DNA of 63,495 nt, the filler included, from Octopus bimaculoides (lineage: Eukaryota), in NCBI RefSeq assembly GCF_001194135.2. It is 5 parts of 5 records of this genome, joined end to end, with 100 filler letters (N's around TTAATTAATTAA, not from the genome) between each part and the next. Parts side by side here need not be neighbours in the genome. Positions count along the whole stretch, not along the records: positions 1 to 24,674 come from NC_068984.1; positions 24,775 to 52,492 come from NC_069001.1; 3 more parts are not named here. One strand, written 5' to 3'. Positions within the stretch are counted from its first letter, which is position 1. Each line of letters starts with the position of its first letter. Of this stretch, positions 14,065 to 26,506 are shown piece after piece. Under the pieces are notes generated by a model that saw nothing but the letters and a program-made list of their open reading frames with translations, made no database searches and was not told the origin of the DNA. A program made the position numbers and the translations under genes.

Positions 14065-14293
14065 ACAATCTTGCTTTATTGGACAGCGTTATGCTGCAAG
14101 TGGATGCGTCATCCGACTTGACAAGACGACAGCCATGTCTCACAGCTTTCCCCGCTTGGATCCACCGAACAACAAAATGGGTCGGACATCTGACGTCATC
14201 TGGAAGTGAAGCTCTCCACACACAACGCTGTATCGATTACTGTCTGTTCGGCAAGCGAATTCCATCAGACACGCAGTTATCATCGGCAAATAA
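14065..14293 (-). other. Candidate terminal exon of an unidentified gene
   Basis: Pyrimidine tract + TTTCAG acceptor (14295-14294), LFADDNCVSDGIRLPNRQ-stop, AATAAA about 150 nt downstream (14090-14085). Confidence 0.25.
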
Positions 14294-14565
14294 CTGAAAG
14301 CAGAGGAAGAGAAGGAAGAAGAAGGAAGCAACGGCTGCCTCTGTGTACGTCTGTGTATGCGTGTCTGCCGACGTGTGTTTCTGTGCCCCCGCCCTCTCGG
14401 CCTGTGTTTGCGTGGATATGGCCGTACTTGTTTTCAGACATCTCTCTTGCTTCTCGTTTTCTTTATTTTCAACCCCCACCCCTTCCTATTCTGATTCCTT
14501 CTTTTATCTTTCTTTCTGTCCTTTCACCCCCAACTACAAATTACTCACATACAAAATAGACGTAG

Positions 14566-14601
<36 letters not shown>

Positions 14602-14837
14602 TGTGAGTGTGTGTGTGAGTGTGTGTGCGTGTGCATTTGTGTGTGTGTGTGTAGAAGAATTTGGCAATACACTTTTGTGGTTTTCACATCGGTAGCGTTT
14701 ACGCCATACCTCTTTTGTTACTGTTCTGTCTGTTTGTTTCTCTCTCTCTATCTTTCTGTCTATCTCTCTCTTTATATATATATATATATATATATGTACA
14801 CACACACACATATACTCACACACAGATTGCACATTTT

Positions 14838-14872
<35 letters not shown>

Positions 14873-15318
14873 GTCTATATATATATATATATAAAGAGAG
14901 AGATAGACAAACACACATATACANNNNNNNNNNNNNNNNNNNNNNNNNTATATATATATATATATATATTACGATGTACTTGCATAGCAAGTGACTTGAT
15001 CTGAGATAGGGTACTAAAACAAGATCAATTGCAGCGTGGAAGATATTTGTAAGCCATACAAGAACACAAAATAACCGTTAGTTTCACTTCAACATTTTCT
15101 TTGCTTTGGAACCGCCACCTGTTCACTGACAAAACTTGGTGCTGCATCTGGGAGAGTAACACTTAGTTCATGATATGTATGTATGTATGTATTTATGTAT
15201 GTATTTATGTATGTATGTATATGTGAATGTATGTGTATTTACTGATATGTATTTCTGTTCATGTTGTATATATACAACTGTCACTCCGTCAAAAGTTTTA
15301 TACATGTGTGCTAACGGT

Positions 15319-15520
15319 TCTTTTTTACTCTAGTCACAAGGGGGAGAGGGTCACTCGATTAAATCGACCCCAGTTCGCAACTGGTACTTAATTTATCGAT
15401 CCCGAAAGATGAAAGGCAAAGTCGACCTCGGCGGAATTTGAGCTCAGAACATAAGATAGACGAAATACCGCTAAGAATTTTATCCGGTGTGCTAATGATT
15501 CTGCCAGCTCGCCACCTTAA
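15319..15520 (-). mobile_element. SINE family A
   Basis: Reverse complement of the consensus. Confidence 0.85.
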
Positions 15521-15911
15521 TAACTTGATACATTGTTCTGCATTCAACAATATCTTTGATGCACTGACGTCAATGTTAAACTCGTTGAAGTGTGAACAGA
15601 GTTAAAATTTCCCCGAGACATTAGAAAGGCTATCATTGAGCAACGATGCAAACAGATTCGATTACAGAAATAACAAAAGAGATCAGGGTTTTTTTTCTTT
15701 TTCTATTTATTGATGTCACACTAGAAATATAACAGTTGAAAATATATTTCATTTATTTGCTTATTTTATATCTCAAGTGGTGACATCTAGCGTCGTTGAA
15801 GGAACAAACAATCACTGATTGAGTGGAATCTTTGACAATCATAGCGATCAGGAAATGTCTAATTCGATACACATTTTCAGTCTTGTTTGCTGATTTTTTT
15901 ATCTTCTACTG

Positions 15912-15947
<36 letters not shown>

Positions 15948-16460
15948 CAAGCTTCCGCAGAACTTCTGTCGACCAAATTCTACTGCCAAGATATTCGGGT
16001 TCAACTCTCGGCTATGACAGAAGACACTCAAACTGCCGTGCAGTGGGATCGAACCTAAATCGCATAATTGCCGCGTATGCTCCTTAATCTCTTCTGTTCG
16101 CCTATATTTAATAATCAATAAACATGGGATTCCGGCGGGGGTGATGTTATGTATCATGCAAGCCATACGCCTCAACAGTGATTATCTCCCTTGACGATCT
16201 TGTATTAATAACAGCGTTCTTTCTACAAACCTCAAGTGAGATCCACCTCTCCCATTAAGATGCTAATCTGGGTTGGAAATGTGCTTCAACTGCTGTTGCT
16301 GGTGCAAGACCGTATCCATAAACCAGTCCTTCAGTCTGATTGCCAATGATTTACTCCCATTTTAGTCTGTAATTCACAGATATACCTGCACATCAGAACC
16401 CCTTCCACCCACGTTCACCCACCACACCTATCTCTCTTCTTGTCCCCATCCACATTATAT

Positions 16461-16627
16461 ATTATTTACATTATTTACAATTGACAGATATTTGACCTCA
16501 TCTTGCTTGTTGTTAACACAATGTTTCGGCTGATATACCCTCCAGCCTTCATCAGGAGTCTTGGGGAAATTTCGAACCTGGGTTCTCATTGCTAAGGTAT
16601 TCTTCGATGCTGTTCTTGTTGTTGTTG

Positions 16628-16666
<39 letters not shown>

Positions 16667-16737
16667 TCACTGCCTGGAATCGAACTTGGAATCTTTGGGT
16701 TAGTAGCCTGCGCTCTTAACTACTATGCCATATGCCC
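16461..16737 (-). mobile_element. tRNA-derived SINE (family C) with internal (AAT)n tract and 3' hammerhead module
   Basis: A box TGGCATAGTAG (16730-16720), B box GTTCGATTCC (16685-16676), (AAT)n tract, then CTGATGAAGGCTG..CAGCCGAAAC and an AT-rich tail. The tail is shared with copies at 16738-16909, 40533-40690 and 42953-43072. Confidence 0.8.
16515..16560 (-). ncRNA. Type I hammerhead motif in family C SINE, decayed
   Basis: CUGAUGA-A-GGCUG/CAGCC-GAAA intact; stem III ACAU instead of ACGU; stem I GACUC/GUGUU has one mismatch. Confidence 0.6.
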
Positions 16738-16751
16738 GAATAATAATAATG

Positions 16752-16796
<45 letters not shown>

Positions 16797-16909
16797 GCAA
16801 TAATAATAATAATAATAATAGCAACAATAACAACGATGAGAACCCAGGTTCGAAATGCCCCTCCCCCACAAGACACCTGATGAAGGCTAGAGGGTATATC
16901 AACCGAAAC
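16738..16909 (+). mobile_element. Headless inverted partner copy of family C
   Basis: (AAT)n + gatgagaacccaggttcgaaat..gacacCTGATGAaggctagagggtatatcaaccGAAAC; truncated by the LINE RT fragment. Confidence 0.75.
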
Positions 16910-17350
16910 TCATGTCGATACCCAGGTCCCGCACTGAGTTAGGTTCTGGGATTGTAATCCCTTGTGGACCAGTGTACCCTGTAAGTTTTACGTTCAGCTT
17001 AGGGTGCTGGTAGCGCAGGGCTTGGAATTTTCCAGCATTAAACTGCATATTATTGTCCTCGGCCCATCTGTAAATTGAGTCCAACTCCTGCTGCAGGTGT
17101 ACAACACCGTTAGGGTTTTGAATTTTCTGCGAGACTTCCGTATCGTCTGCGTAGCTAGCAAGGGTGGCTATCCGGGCAACTGAGGGCATATCTGAGTGGG
17201 CCACTATGAAAAGCAGTGGTCCCAAGACAGTGCCCTGAGGAACCCCACTCACTATTTGTGTTTTCTTTGATGTGGCTCCATTGGCCACGACTGCCTGACT
17301 TCTATCTTTCAGAAAGTCATGTCACCACTCTCTAAGTTTTCCAGCTACTT
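16910..17350 (-). mobile_element. LINE reverse transcriptase fragment (CR1/L2/Jockey-group style)
   Basis: FLKDRSQAVVANG..SGVPQGTVLGPLLF..YADDT..QQELDSIYRWAEDNNMQFN..K..VRDLGI (ORF 16899-17288 plus upstream sequence). Confidence 0.85.
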
Positions 17351-17936
17351 AAATAAAAGGGGTCCTTGGTAGTGGAAAAGTTGGGAACCACTGGTCTAAA
17401 AGGTGGAGATGTTCTCCGATGACGGAGAACTAAAGTAACCAGCAAATTCACGTTCGAATCTGGCCGAGAGTATTAAGAATGAAATAAATACATTCTTTCG
17501 GCATTTGAGAGAAACCTGTCTTCTCAATGGTTTCTCTTTAACGACACTAAATAACAATCTGGCAACATATCGACTGCACCGACCGGTTGCAGGGCAGTTG
17601 AGTAGAATAGTGCGTGGGTTTGAAGTAGGAAGTCAATTTAGATGGAGAAGTATCTGAAGACGAAGGATATAGTGTAGAGGTGAGACAAGTCAAACCTAAA
17701 TCTAAAGACAGCTTTATAAAACTTTATCGGTGAGATTATATGTCAACAGATATTATATTTCCTCTAAGCAGTGTGTGTTTGGGCGAGAGTAATATCACCG
17801 ATATATTTAGAGAGGTGCACAGTTACAAAAGGGGAGGGGCTGAGAGTAAATGTATTTGTAGATGAATCGGTTTGAAATATATATTATATATCTCCCAACC
17901 TCTGTGTGTGTATGTATGTATGAATATGTACACGCG

Positions 17937-17973
<37 letters not shown>

Positions 17974-18475
17974 ACACACACACACACATATATATAAGAA
18001 TGCATGTATATATTATGTATATATGTGTGTGGCGAGGGTGGGGAGAAGAGAGAGAGAGAGAGTGCGTGGAAAGTAAGCAGTTATTAAATTTCATTGTCAA
18101 AGCTATATACATGCGAAAGTATATTTCTTTGAAGCAAACGCGCGCACGTACACATACATGCATATATATATATATANNNNNNNNNNNNNNNNNNNNNNNN
18201 NNNNNNNNNNNNNNNNNNNNNNNNNNNNNNNNNNNNNNNNNNNNNNNNNNNNNNNNNNNNNNNNNNNNNNNNNNNNNNNNNNNNNNNNNNNNNNNNNNNN
18301 NNNNNNNNNNNNNNNNNNNNNNNNNNNNNNNNNNNNNNNNNNNNNNNNNNNNNNNNNNNNNNNNNNNNNNNNNNNNNNNNNNNNNNNNNNNNNNNNNNNN
18401 NNNNNNNNNNNNNNNNNNNNNNNNNNNNNNNNNNNNNNNNNNNNNNNNNNNNNNNNNNNNNNNNNNNNNNNNNNN

Positions 18476-18526
<51 letters not shown>

Positions 18527-18916
18527 TTACACATACACACATGTATATATATATATATGATATATATTCCAGTGCCGTGTCTGATGTGGGGGTCCATCAG
18601 AAATATGACACGCAAGAAAAACGAACTAAAATTGAATGTTCATGTTTCATGATTTATATTAATTGTAATCGATTTTTATTTTGTTTCTCTCCAAAAGTGA
18701 TTGAAGCTCGTACGATCAGTCCATGAAGACATAGGTGCGCATACACACACATTGTGTGTATGTATGCATATACGTACGTCTCTCTCTCTCTCTCCCCTTC
18801 TCTCTCTGTATATATATATTACATATGTACATATACACACACACAATTATACGTGCACCCATTCATACATATATGTGTGCATAAATGTTTACATACATAT
18901 ACACACCTACACACAC

Positions 18917-19007
<91 letters not shown>

Positions 19008-19362
19008 TTAATATTAAAACAGTTTCTAACCAGCTCCATGATGTAATCAAGCAATAAAATTCCATTGCTACAACCATTAGTGTTGAGAACAATCGTTTTT
19101 GAAATTATTAATTCTGATTAAAATGAAAGCCAATGACCACCCCGAATGTTTTTTTTATTAAATTAAGTTAATTGAATATAGAAAGCAGTGGGATATGTGT
19201 TCTTTTGCAGTGTGAGGGCCTGACTCCAAGCATGTTTCAGTCTTATTTAGCTTCTACAGCGAAGCAGAGTCTAACTGTTGTTGTAGATCTTTGAACGACA
19301 GAAGAAACATTTGAGATTTTAGACAATGTCTGTCTGTCTATCTATCTATCTATATCTATAAA

Positions 19363-19397
<35 letters not shown>

Positions 19398-19656
19398 TGC
19401 ATGAGGAACCTCTTAATGTATTAGTCACGTCAATTTTAGAAGATACATTCATAGGAAACCTAGCAATTATTCAAAGAACCGATCTGTCCAGAAAGATTTA
19501 CAGTTGATATTGATTTTTTCGCCATCCGTTTTGCTGTGGAATACAATCATCCTTTACTCTTTTGGTTCTGAAGTAGGAATTATCTCACACGATCAGGTGA
19601 CGGAACAACAATCAGCCGTTTTGGGTTTGTTTTCTTTTTTTTTTGTTATGCGACAG

Positions 19657-19690
19657 ACATTGAGTTTTTGTCTCTGATTGCTCCCGAATG
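19657..19690 (+). other. Candidate 34-nt exon
   Basis: T-rich tract + GACAG acceptor, ATG|GTGAGT donor; only one open frame (IEFLSLIAPE). Confidence 0.42.
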
Positions 19691-20768
19691 GTGAGTGTGA
19701 ATGAGATGATAGAATGGTTAGATACGCGGAAAAGGTGCCGCCGTTCCTCCATTGATTTTATTGTTTATAAACAGTTTTCTTCATTTCGTTTATAGATAAA
19801 ACTGATCCCCCAATGCTCACCGACTCCATAGAGTTGACATATTCTAAGTATTGCACAGCTCGATAGCTTCAAATTTGATAGTCTGGTGTATGTCACGGTC
19901 TAATAATGTGGGATATCAGTTTGGCTAGTTAATTGATACCTAGCGGTGAACCAGACCATAACATCTTACAGATGAGAATCATTGGGTACAAGTTCAATGG
20001 AATTAGTGACGTTAACTATTTTACATTATCTAGTGTTTCGTGGTTTATCCTTATAAGTTTAGAATCGATCAAAATGGGGTCACTGCTTCTGGGTCGAGAA
20101 TTATTAACACTTCAGATAATAACACAGCTCACTTGAAAACTATTTACTTCTTTTGTGAAAAGAATCTTCTCCCGGAAAAATAAGGTTTATTGTTTTTCAA
20201 TCCTTGACAATTTTCTGGTTATCTTCATCAAAATACTGCCTCCACACCGCCATTTTCACTACCTCAAGCACAGTATTATTAATACAAACTTACTTCCATC
20301 CACGACCACCACTACTACTACCACCACCAAGATCACTATTATCACTTCCATGACCCAAAACCGCCGTCACCGCCACCATCGTCACCACCACCACCACCGC
20401 CGTCACCACTGTCACCGCATCATCAACTGTTATTACCTCTACACCTCCTCAATTTCCACTTGATAGATTTATTTATTTATTTCGTTACATATTTCACTTC
20501 TTCACATTTTTGTTTTATTTTTCAAAAGAAACACTTTTACCAAATTCCATTAATGGAAATGACTTTCTTTAATGAATTACTTTTCTTCTCAAGAATTACT
20601 TTCTACAAATAAAAAAAAAAATCTTAAAAATAATGTCAAACAAATCTTAAAATGGAAACAGATTCTGGTTCAGCCAACCAGAAATTCTAAAGATTCTTCA
20701 TCAAAAAGTTTTCAGTTTTGATAGAAAATATCTCAGAGTTATTTTAATGATTGATATTATTAAATATA

Positions 20769-21182
20769 GCAAGCGGGCGAAATGCTTAGCGGCATTTCGT
20801 TTGTCTGTACGTTCTGAGTTCGCATTCCGCCGAGGTCGACTTTGTCCTTCATCCTTTCCAGGTCGATGAAATAAGTACCAGTTACGCACTGGGGTCGATG
20901 AAATCGACTATCCTCTTCCACCAAATTGCAGACCTTGTGCCCATAGTAGAAAGGATTATTAAATATAGCAGCGAGCTGGCAGAATCGTTAGCACGCCGGA
21001 CAAAATGTTTAACGACATCCCGTCCGTTTTTACGTTCTAAATCGAACTCCGTAGCGGTCGACTTTGCCTTTCATCCTTTTTGAGATTGATAAAATAAGTA
21101 CCAGTCATATACTAGGTTTGATGTACTCGACTTACTTCTTTCCCCGAACTTGCATGCCTGGCATCAAAATTTGGCACCAATA
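20769..21182 (+). mobile_element. Two tandem SINE family A copies (20769-20958, 20968-21182)
   Basis: Both carry gtcgactttg(t/c)c(c/t)ttcatccttt..ataagtaccag. Confidence 0.82.
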
Positions 21183-21865
21183 TTTAGATTATTAATTAGA
21201 ATCTATACTATTTTCAGTTGTATTTGTCTAATTAATCGATGTCAAGTAGTCGTGAGTAGGACACGGTTTAAAACACCCTTCAATTTATAGGTTCTGAGTT
21301 CGAATCCCATAAAAATCAACCCCTTCTTTCATTCTTCCAGGACGTCAATGAAATTCCCCACTCCCCTTTTTGGCACATAAGAAGTTAGAAACAAAGGAAT
21401 TATTGGAGTTGACAGAAACAAAAAAATGACCTCTTCTCACACACCGTACTCCGCTTCAACACCACACAAGATCTTTAGGATCAATAGCTGTAATCTGCCT
21501 CAGAAGCACATCCTGTAATTCCTTTTAGAACCACACACTTAGCTGTTCTTGAAGATCCCACACTGTACTGTACATCCAGATCACACACTCTACTTTACAT
21601 TTAGCCCACGTATTGTACTGTATTTCATGCAATGTAGTGTACTTGCGAACCTTTACTCTTTTCCCTCTTCATCCCTTGGTCTCCAAAATCAATCCCTAAT
21701 ATTATGAATGTTACCTTTCAAATGTTTCGAAATTTTAAAATAAGATTCAGTCAATTGAATCTTTCCTTAAAGCGAATCATTAAATTGCTGTAATTCAATC
21801 AATAAACATAATTTAGTTTGTAATTCTCCTCATTACTTAACAGTAATATCTGTTTGTCCCTGACT

Positions 21866-22478
21866 ACAACAGTATTTCTCAACACAACACCAGTCATATC
21901 TTCCAATACGCCGAGAACACAACTACAGCATCATAACCCGTTATCTCACGAGAGACGTAAACGTTTAAAACACAAGATTATATCAAGGCAGTTTGCACAA
22001 ATTTCAATTTTAAAAATCAAACAAGATGATATTCCCTGGAATGATAAGGGACGTGTTTCAAGGCAAAGTGACTTGATACAATTAATTTTAAATGGATTTT
22101 AATTAAATACCTATTTAAGAGACGATATATTATTCATTCTCCGATGTAATTTGAACTTATGAACATTTGTTAAAACTTGTTAGAAAAACGGTGTTTTTGT
22201 TTATCTTCATTGTAAAACGTTGCAATTGAAGTGGCAAAACATGCTCCTGTTGTCTTTGTGCGATATTAATTCAGGGTAAACTCAATCAGGAATTATTCGT
22301 AAACCACTGTGCTACAACAAAACTATAGAATATATCTGATACAGCACAATATACAAACAGCAAATCGCAACACAACGAAAATACTTCACAACAGTATTTC
22401 TCAACACAACACCAGTTATATCTTCCAACACGCTGAGAACAAAACTACAACACCATAACATGATATCTCAAAAGAGAC
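21866..22478 (+). repeat. 91-bp imperfect direct repeat pair (21866-21956, 22388-22478)
   Basis: Both begin acaacagtatttctcaacacaacaccag and end gagac, with scattered substitutions. Confidence 0.8.
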
Positions 22479-23183
22479 ACATTACAACGCTGCAGAAATA
22501 TATCATTATTCTAGAATACTTTAATACTTCGTGGTTATAAAAATAAATGAATGAATAAATAAATAATTAAATAAATATATAAATAAAAACATCAATATTC
22601 CGATACCGAAATATGATCGATAAGAAAAGCTGAAAATGTTGAAGTGTTACATAAATAGTTTTAGAAACAAAAAGAAACATTTTTTTTCTCCAAGATGGCT
22701 GAAGGTAGATAACGTTTGATATATTTGCAGATGATTGATAACAATACTTGTACGTTATGCTAAGTCTAAAACACAAGTTGTGAATAAATATACTTTGTGT
22801 CAGAAACAAACACTCACACACACACTCACACAGGCATACACACTTACACATACATACACACTCACAGAGAAACGTATACTCACACACATATTCATTCTAC
22901 TAAAATCAATTCGATTTACTTGAGTCGACGATATTTTATGAATACTCAAACCTGATGAAACAAATGTATGGCGAAATACCATCCACCCACCGCTATCCCT
23001 GCTATCATACAGGCGTAGTCCATCAATGGCTACATTATCTAATATATCCTTGCTGTTTTAATACAATAGCGTGTGATCTGATAAACATGTGGCTACCTTT
23101 TCTAGCAGGTCGAATGACCACATACAGTCTCCCTCGTTTGCATGTAAAATGTATCCATATCTGTTTCAATATTTTTGAGTTCC

Positions 23184-23401
23184 AAGGCGGCGAGGTGCCA
23201 GAATCGTTAGCACGCCGGGCGAAATGCTTAGCGGTATTTCGTCTGTCGCTACGTTCTGAGTTCAAATTCCGCCGAGGTCGACTTTGCCTTTCATCCTTTC
23301 GGGGTGGATAAATTAAGTACCAGTTGCGTACTGGGGTCGATCTAATCGACTGGCTCCATCCCCCAAAAATTTCGGGTCTTGTGCCTAGAGTAGAAAAGAA
23401 T
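23184..23401 (+). mobile_element. SINE family A, best-preserved copy
   Basis: Full head, central block and tail. Confidence 0.88.
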
Positions 23402-23560
23402 ATTTATGAGTTCCTTCACCACACCTACTAAATCTAAACGAATAATAAATTAATGCAAAAAAAAATCACAGAAGCTTTAGGAACTAAAGAAAGAAACTCT
23501 ATTAAAAACTAGAAAATTCAAATACAAAAGGGTGTTACTTCTGCCGCAATCTCTATAGTG

Positions 23561-23704
23561 GTTTCAAATTTTGACCCACGGTCTTCACCAGAATGAAAAG
23601 CAAAGTGGACCGCGGCAGATTTTGAACGCGGAACGTAAAGATGGACGAAATGCAGTTGAGAATTTATGCCCAGCGTGCTAACCATGCTGCCAGCTCACCG
23701 CCTT
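23561..23704 (-). mobile_element. SINE family A, diverged
   Basis: ccagctcaccgcctt head and gcaaagtggaccgcggcagattttgaac. Confidence 0.7.
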
Positions 23705-24269
23705 ATACAGAACATTTACAGCAATGAAATATATGAGCAAGTAAAGAGATTTTTATTGACTGAGAAGCGACCAGACAGATATTAAATCATAATATTTCTG
23801 TATTTAATTAAAAGTATTGCGTGGCTCGTATTCCGTAGTTTTATGCCCCACGTCGTTCTACACGGGATATAGAAGTGGAGTGTGGAACCCACTACTGAGC
23901 CCGAAAGTTTGGCTACGTGTTGTACTTCACAATACATACATATGCATGCATATTCTACACACACACACACACACCTAATTACTGACTGAAATCTCAAATA
24001 TACACTAAGTCCTTCAGTTAACAGGAAACCACAAAGTTGTTTTTAAAACTTTTGTTACTTGTGGTTTTGATTTAACAGGGTGCGCACCCGATTTTCGTTA
24101 TTATATCACAGTCATGCTGGAACACTGCCTTCAGGTGTTTAATATGTCATGTCAACCTAGTTCTTATTTCCCGCTCTTATTCATATTTATCGGTTTCTAT
24201 TTTTTCAACGGCTAAGTAACAGGATATAGAAATGCACAGCAGAAGCAGTAACGGTTTTTAGAGTGGGGT

Positions 24270-24446
24270 GACTATGTGGTAAGTAGCTTGCTTACTAACC
24301 ACATGGTTCCGGGTTCAGTCTCACTGCATGGCACCTTGGGCCCGTGTCTTCTATAGACTCGGGCCGACCAAAGACTTGTGAGTGGATTTGGCAGACGGAA
24401 ACTGAAGGAATCCCGTCGTGTATATATATATATATATATATATATA
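24270..24446 (+). mobile_element. SINE family B, 5' half
   Basis: tgtggtaagtagcttgc..ggttccgggttcagtc head plus body up to the (TA)n. Confidence 0.8.
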
Positions 24447-25890
24447 TGTGGCTTGTGTGTTTTCTCGTCTCTGTTTTGTTTGCAATGTCCTGTACCCAGA
24501 TATGCACCTATACATACAGGTGGATGTCGGTATGCACATACCTGTACGTATATATGCATATACTCATTTACTATTTGTTTTTACATGATTGAACGCAGCG
24601 TCTCCAACTGTAAGTAGTTTTCGTAAACTTATATATTTTCCGACGCTACTCTATCTCTTTCTCTTTCTCTATCTNNNNNNNNNNNNNNNNNNNNNNNNNN
24701 NNNNNNNNNNNNNNNNNNTTAATTAATTAANNNNNNNNNNNNNNNNNNNNNNNNNNNNNNNNNNNNNNNNNNNNCATGTACATTTTTTTATTTTAAAAGC
24801 AAAATATATTTATCTTAGCTTCAATGATAAAAAGATGGATGAAGAATTTCATAGTTTTGATCCCATGTAACAAAAAATTTGTGAGGTAAAATATCCTGAA
24901 ATATCCTGGATTCGAGTATAATTAACTTTTTTTTTATTTTAAAAACAAACTATATTTTAATTATGCTTAAATAATGGAGCTCAATTCGAGGAATTTTAAG
25001 GCATCAATCTCATGCAACGATGTTTTAAAAGAAAAAAGTTATGAGTGTTTGTTTTTCAAATTTGAGGGTGATAATATAGTTCTATACTTTTTTTAGGAAT
25101 ATAGTTCTATAAGGGACTTTTAATATGTGTTACCGGCATCATTGAGGTACGGAAAAAAACTGTCAACGACACCGATAATTTTCAATTAGTTTAATTACGT
25201 CATCTGTATTAATCCAATTTTATCATAAAAATGAAAATAATTAAAACATCATTTAGAAATTTTGGTAATTTTTCGTTTTAACTCGAAGGCGTATGAGTGG
25301 ATATGTACATTATGTTTAAAGTCAGCATAAAGTGAAAGAAAAAAGAAATGGACATGGATGTGCGTATGTGTTGATGGGAAAGAGACAGAAAGTGTGCGTT
25401 GTGTGTGTATGTGAGACAGACAGNNNNNNNNNNGAGGGATAACTTCCCTTGGAAGAAAATTTGCTTCATAGAAATCTGTTGTTCATATAAAAAAAAACAA
25501 CTCTCAGCTACAATAGTCCCTTATTGAGACGGAGGGTTGTAGATTTTTTTCTTATCGAAATACGATAAATAGGAAAAAAGTTCTCTTTATATTTCACAGT
25601 AAGCAACCAGGGTATGCGAATATGTATACAAGGGTATGAATTAGATAAAATCCGGCCTAGATATGTTTCATAGCGAGCGGAACCTCTACATTTATATTCT
25701 CCACTCCTCCTGTGCTCTCTACACATTCTGATTGAATCTTCCATGTGTTAACATGTACCTCCTTGCGACATTGTGAACTTTCCTTTAATCAAGATATCCT
25801 TGGTCTGAAGAGTAACCTATCCAAGCGCGAGGTGTATACCTTGCTTGGGTATTCACCATTTTCGAGTTTTCGCCCGCTATGAAACATATG

Positions 25891-26233
25891 CAGTCCCACT
25901 GCGTGGCATCTTGGGCAGGTATCTTCTACGATAACCTCGGACCGATGAACGGGAACGTGATACTCAGAGTAACAGTTTTTTGTTATATTTCTGCTGCTTT
26001 TAAATAAAGTATATATATATATATATTCATATGTTTGTGTGTCTGTGTTTGCCCCTCCATCATCGCTTGACAATCAATGTTGGAGTGTTTACGTTCGCAT
26101 AACTTAGCGGTTCGGCAAGGGAGACCGATAAAATAAGTACTAGGATTACAGAAGGGGTTGATTTTTTCGACTAAAGGCGGTGCTTCAGCATGGCTGCAAT
26201 CAAATGACTGAGACAAATAAAAGAATAAAAGAA
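25891..26233 (+). mobile_element. SINE family B
   Basis: cagtcccactgcgtggc..aaggcggtgcttcagcatgg..aataaaagaataaaagaa. Confidence 0.8.
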
Positions 26234-26301
26234 TATATATGTATGTACGTATATATATAACATATGAAAGAAAAAAAATGGAATTCACAAGATTATTTAT
26301 C

Positions 26302-26384
26302 AATCACTACGATCGTTTCGATACATCGTACATCGGTCCCTTGCGGGTGTGTCATTCGGTGCAGATGTGCCTCGTCAGGTGACT
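26302..26384 (-). ncRNA. Type I hammerhead ribozyme, near-intact
   Basis: Stem I AGUCAC/GUGAUU (6 bp), CUGACGA, stem II GGCACAUC/GAUGUAUC (7/8), GAAA, palindromic stem III ACGAUCGU, GUA site. Confidence 0.8.
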
Positions 26385-26451
26385 TGTCAAAAGCACCTCA
26401 CTCTTTAATCTCCGTTTCGCTTATTTTGATTAGAATGCATCTCGTTATATG

Positions 26452-26506
26452 CCTATAACTGATGACATATAGGAGAGAGCATGAGTTAGAAACGATCGTA
26501 GTCATT
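26452..26506 (+). ncRNA. Degenerate hammerhead motif, inverted partner of 26302-26384
   Basis: CUGAUGA (26459-26465), GAA-ACGAUCGU-A (26489-26500); stems I and II are eroded. Confidence 0.45.

Noticed and set aside
14191-15572. Two TGACGTCA (CRE) palindromes (14191, 15565)
   Set aside because: Two 8-mers in 63 kb is near chance expectation.
16685-16737. SINE heads as tRNA genes; CRISPR or rRNA anywhere in the window
   Set aside because: The heads lack complete cloverleafs and continue into SINE bodies; no repeat-spacer array or rRNA-like sequence was seen.
17411-17430. Perfect 8-bp hairpin GTTCTCCG/CGGAGAAC as a Helitron end
   Set aside because: No properly spaced CTRR terminus and no matching 5' end.
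22950-22985. CTGATGA..GCGAAA hammerhead-like core (similar weak cases at 26599, 46900 and 59637)
   Set aside because: Stems I-III cannot be formed convincingly.
24719-24730. TTAATTAATTAA inside N runs (also 52537, 59071, 61889)
   Set aside because: An identical all-frame-stop 12-mer centred in gaps is an assembly linker, not biology.
25801-25891. CTGAAGA..long hairpin..GAAACATATG
   Set aside because: Possibly a hammerhead truncated by a SINE B insertion, but the cleavage triplet and stem I are missing.
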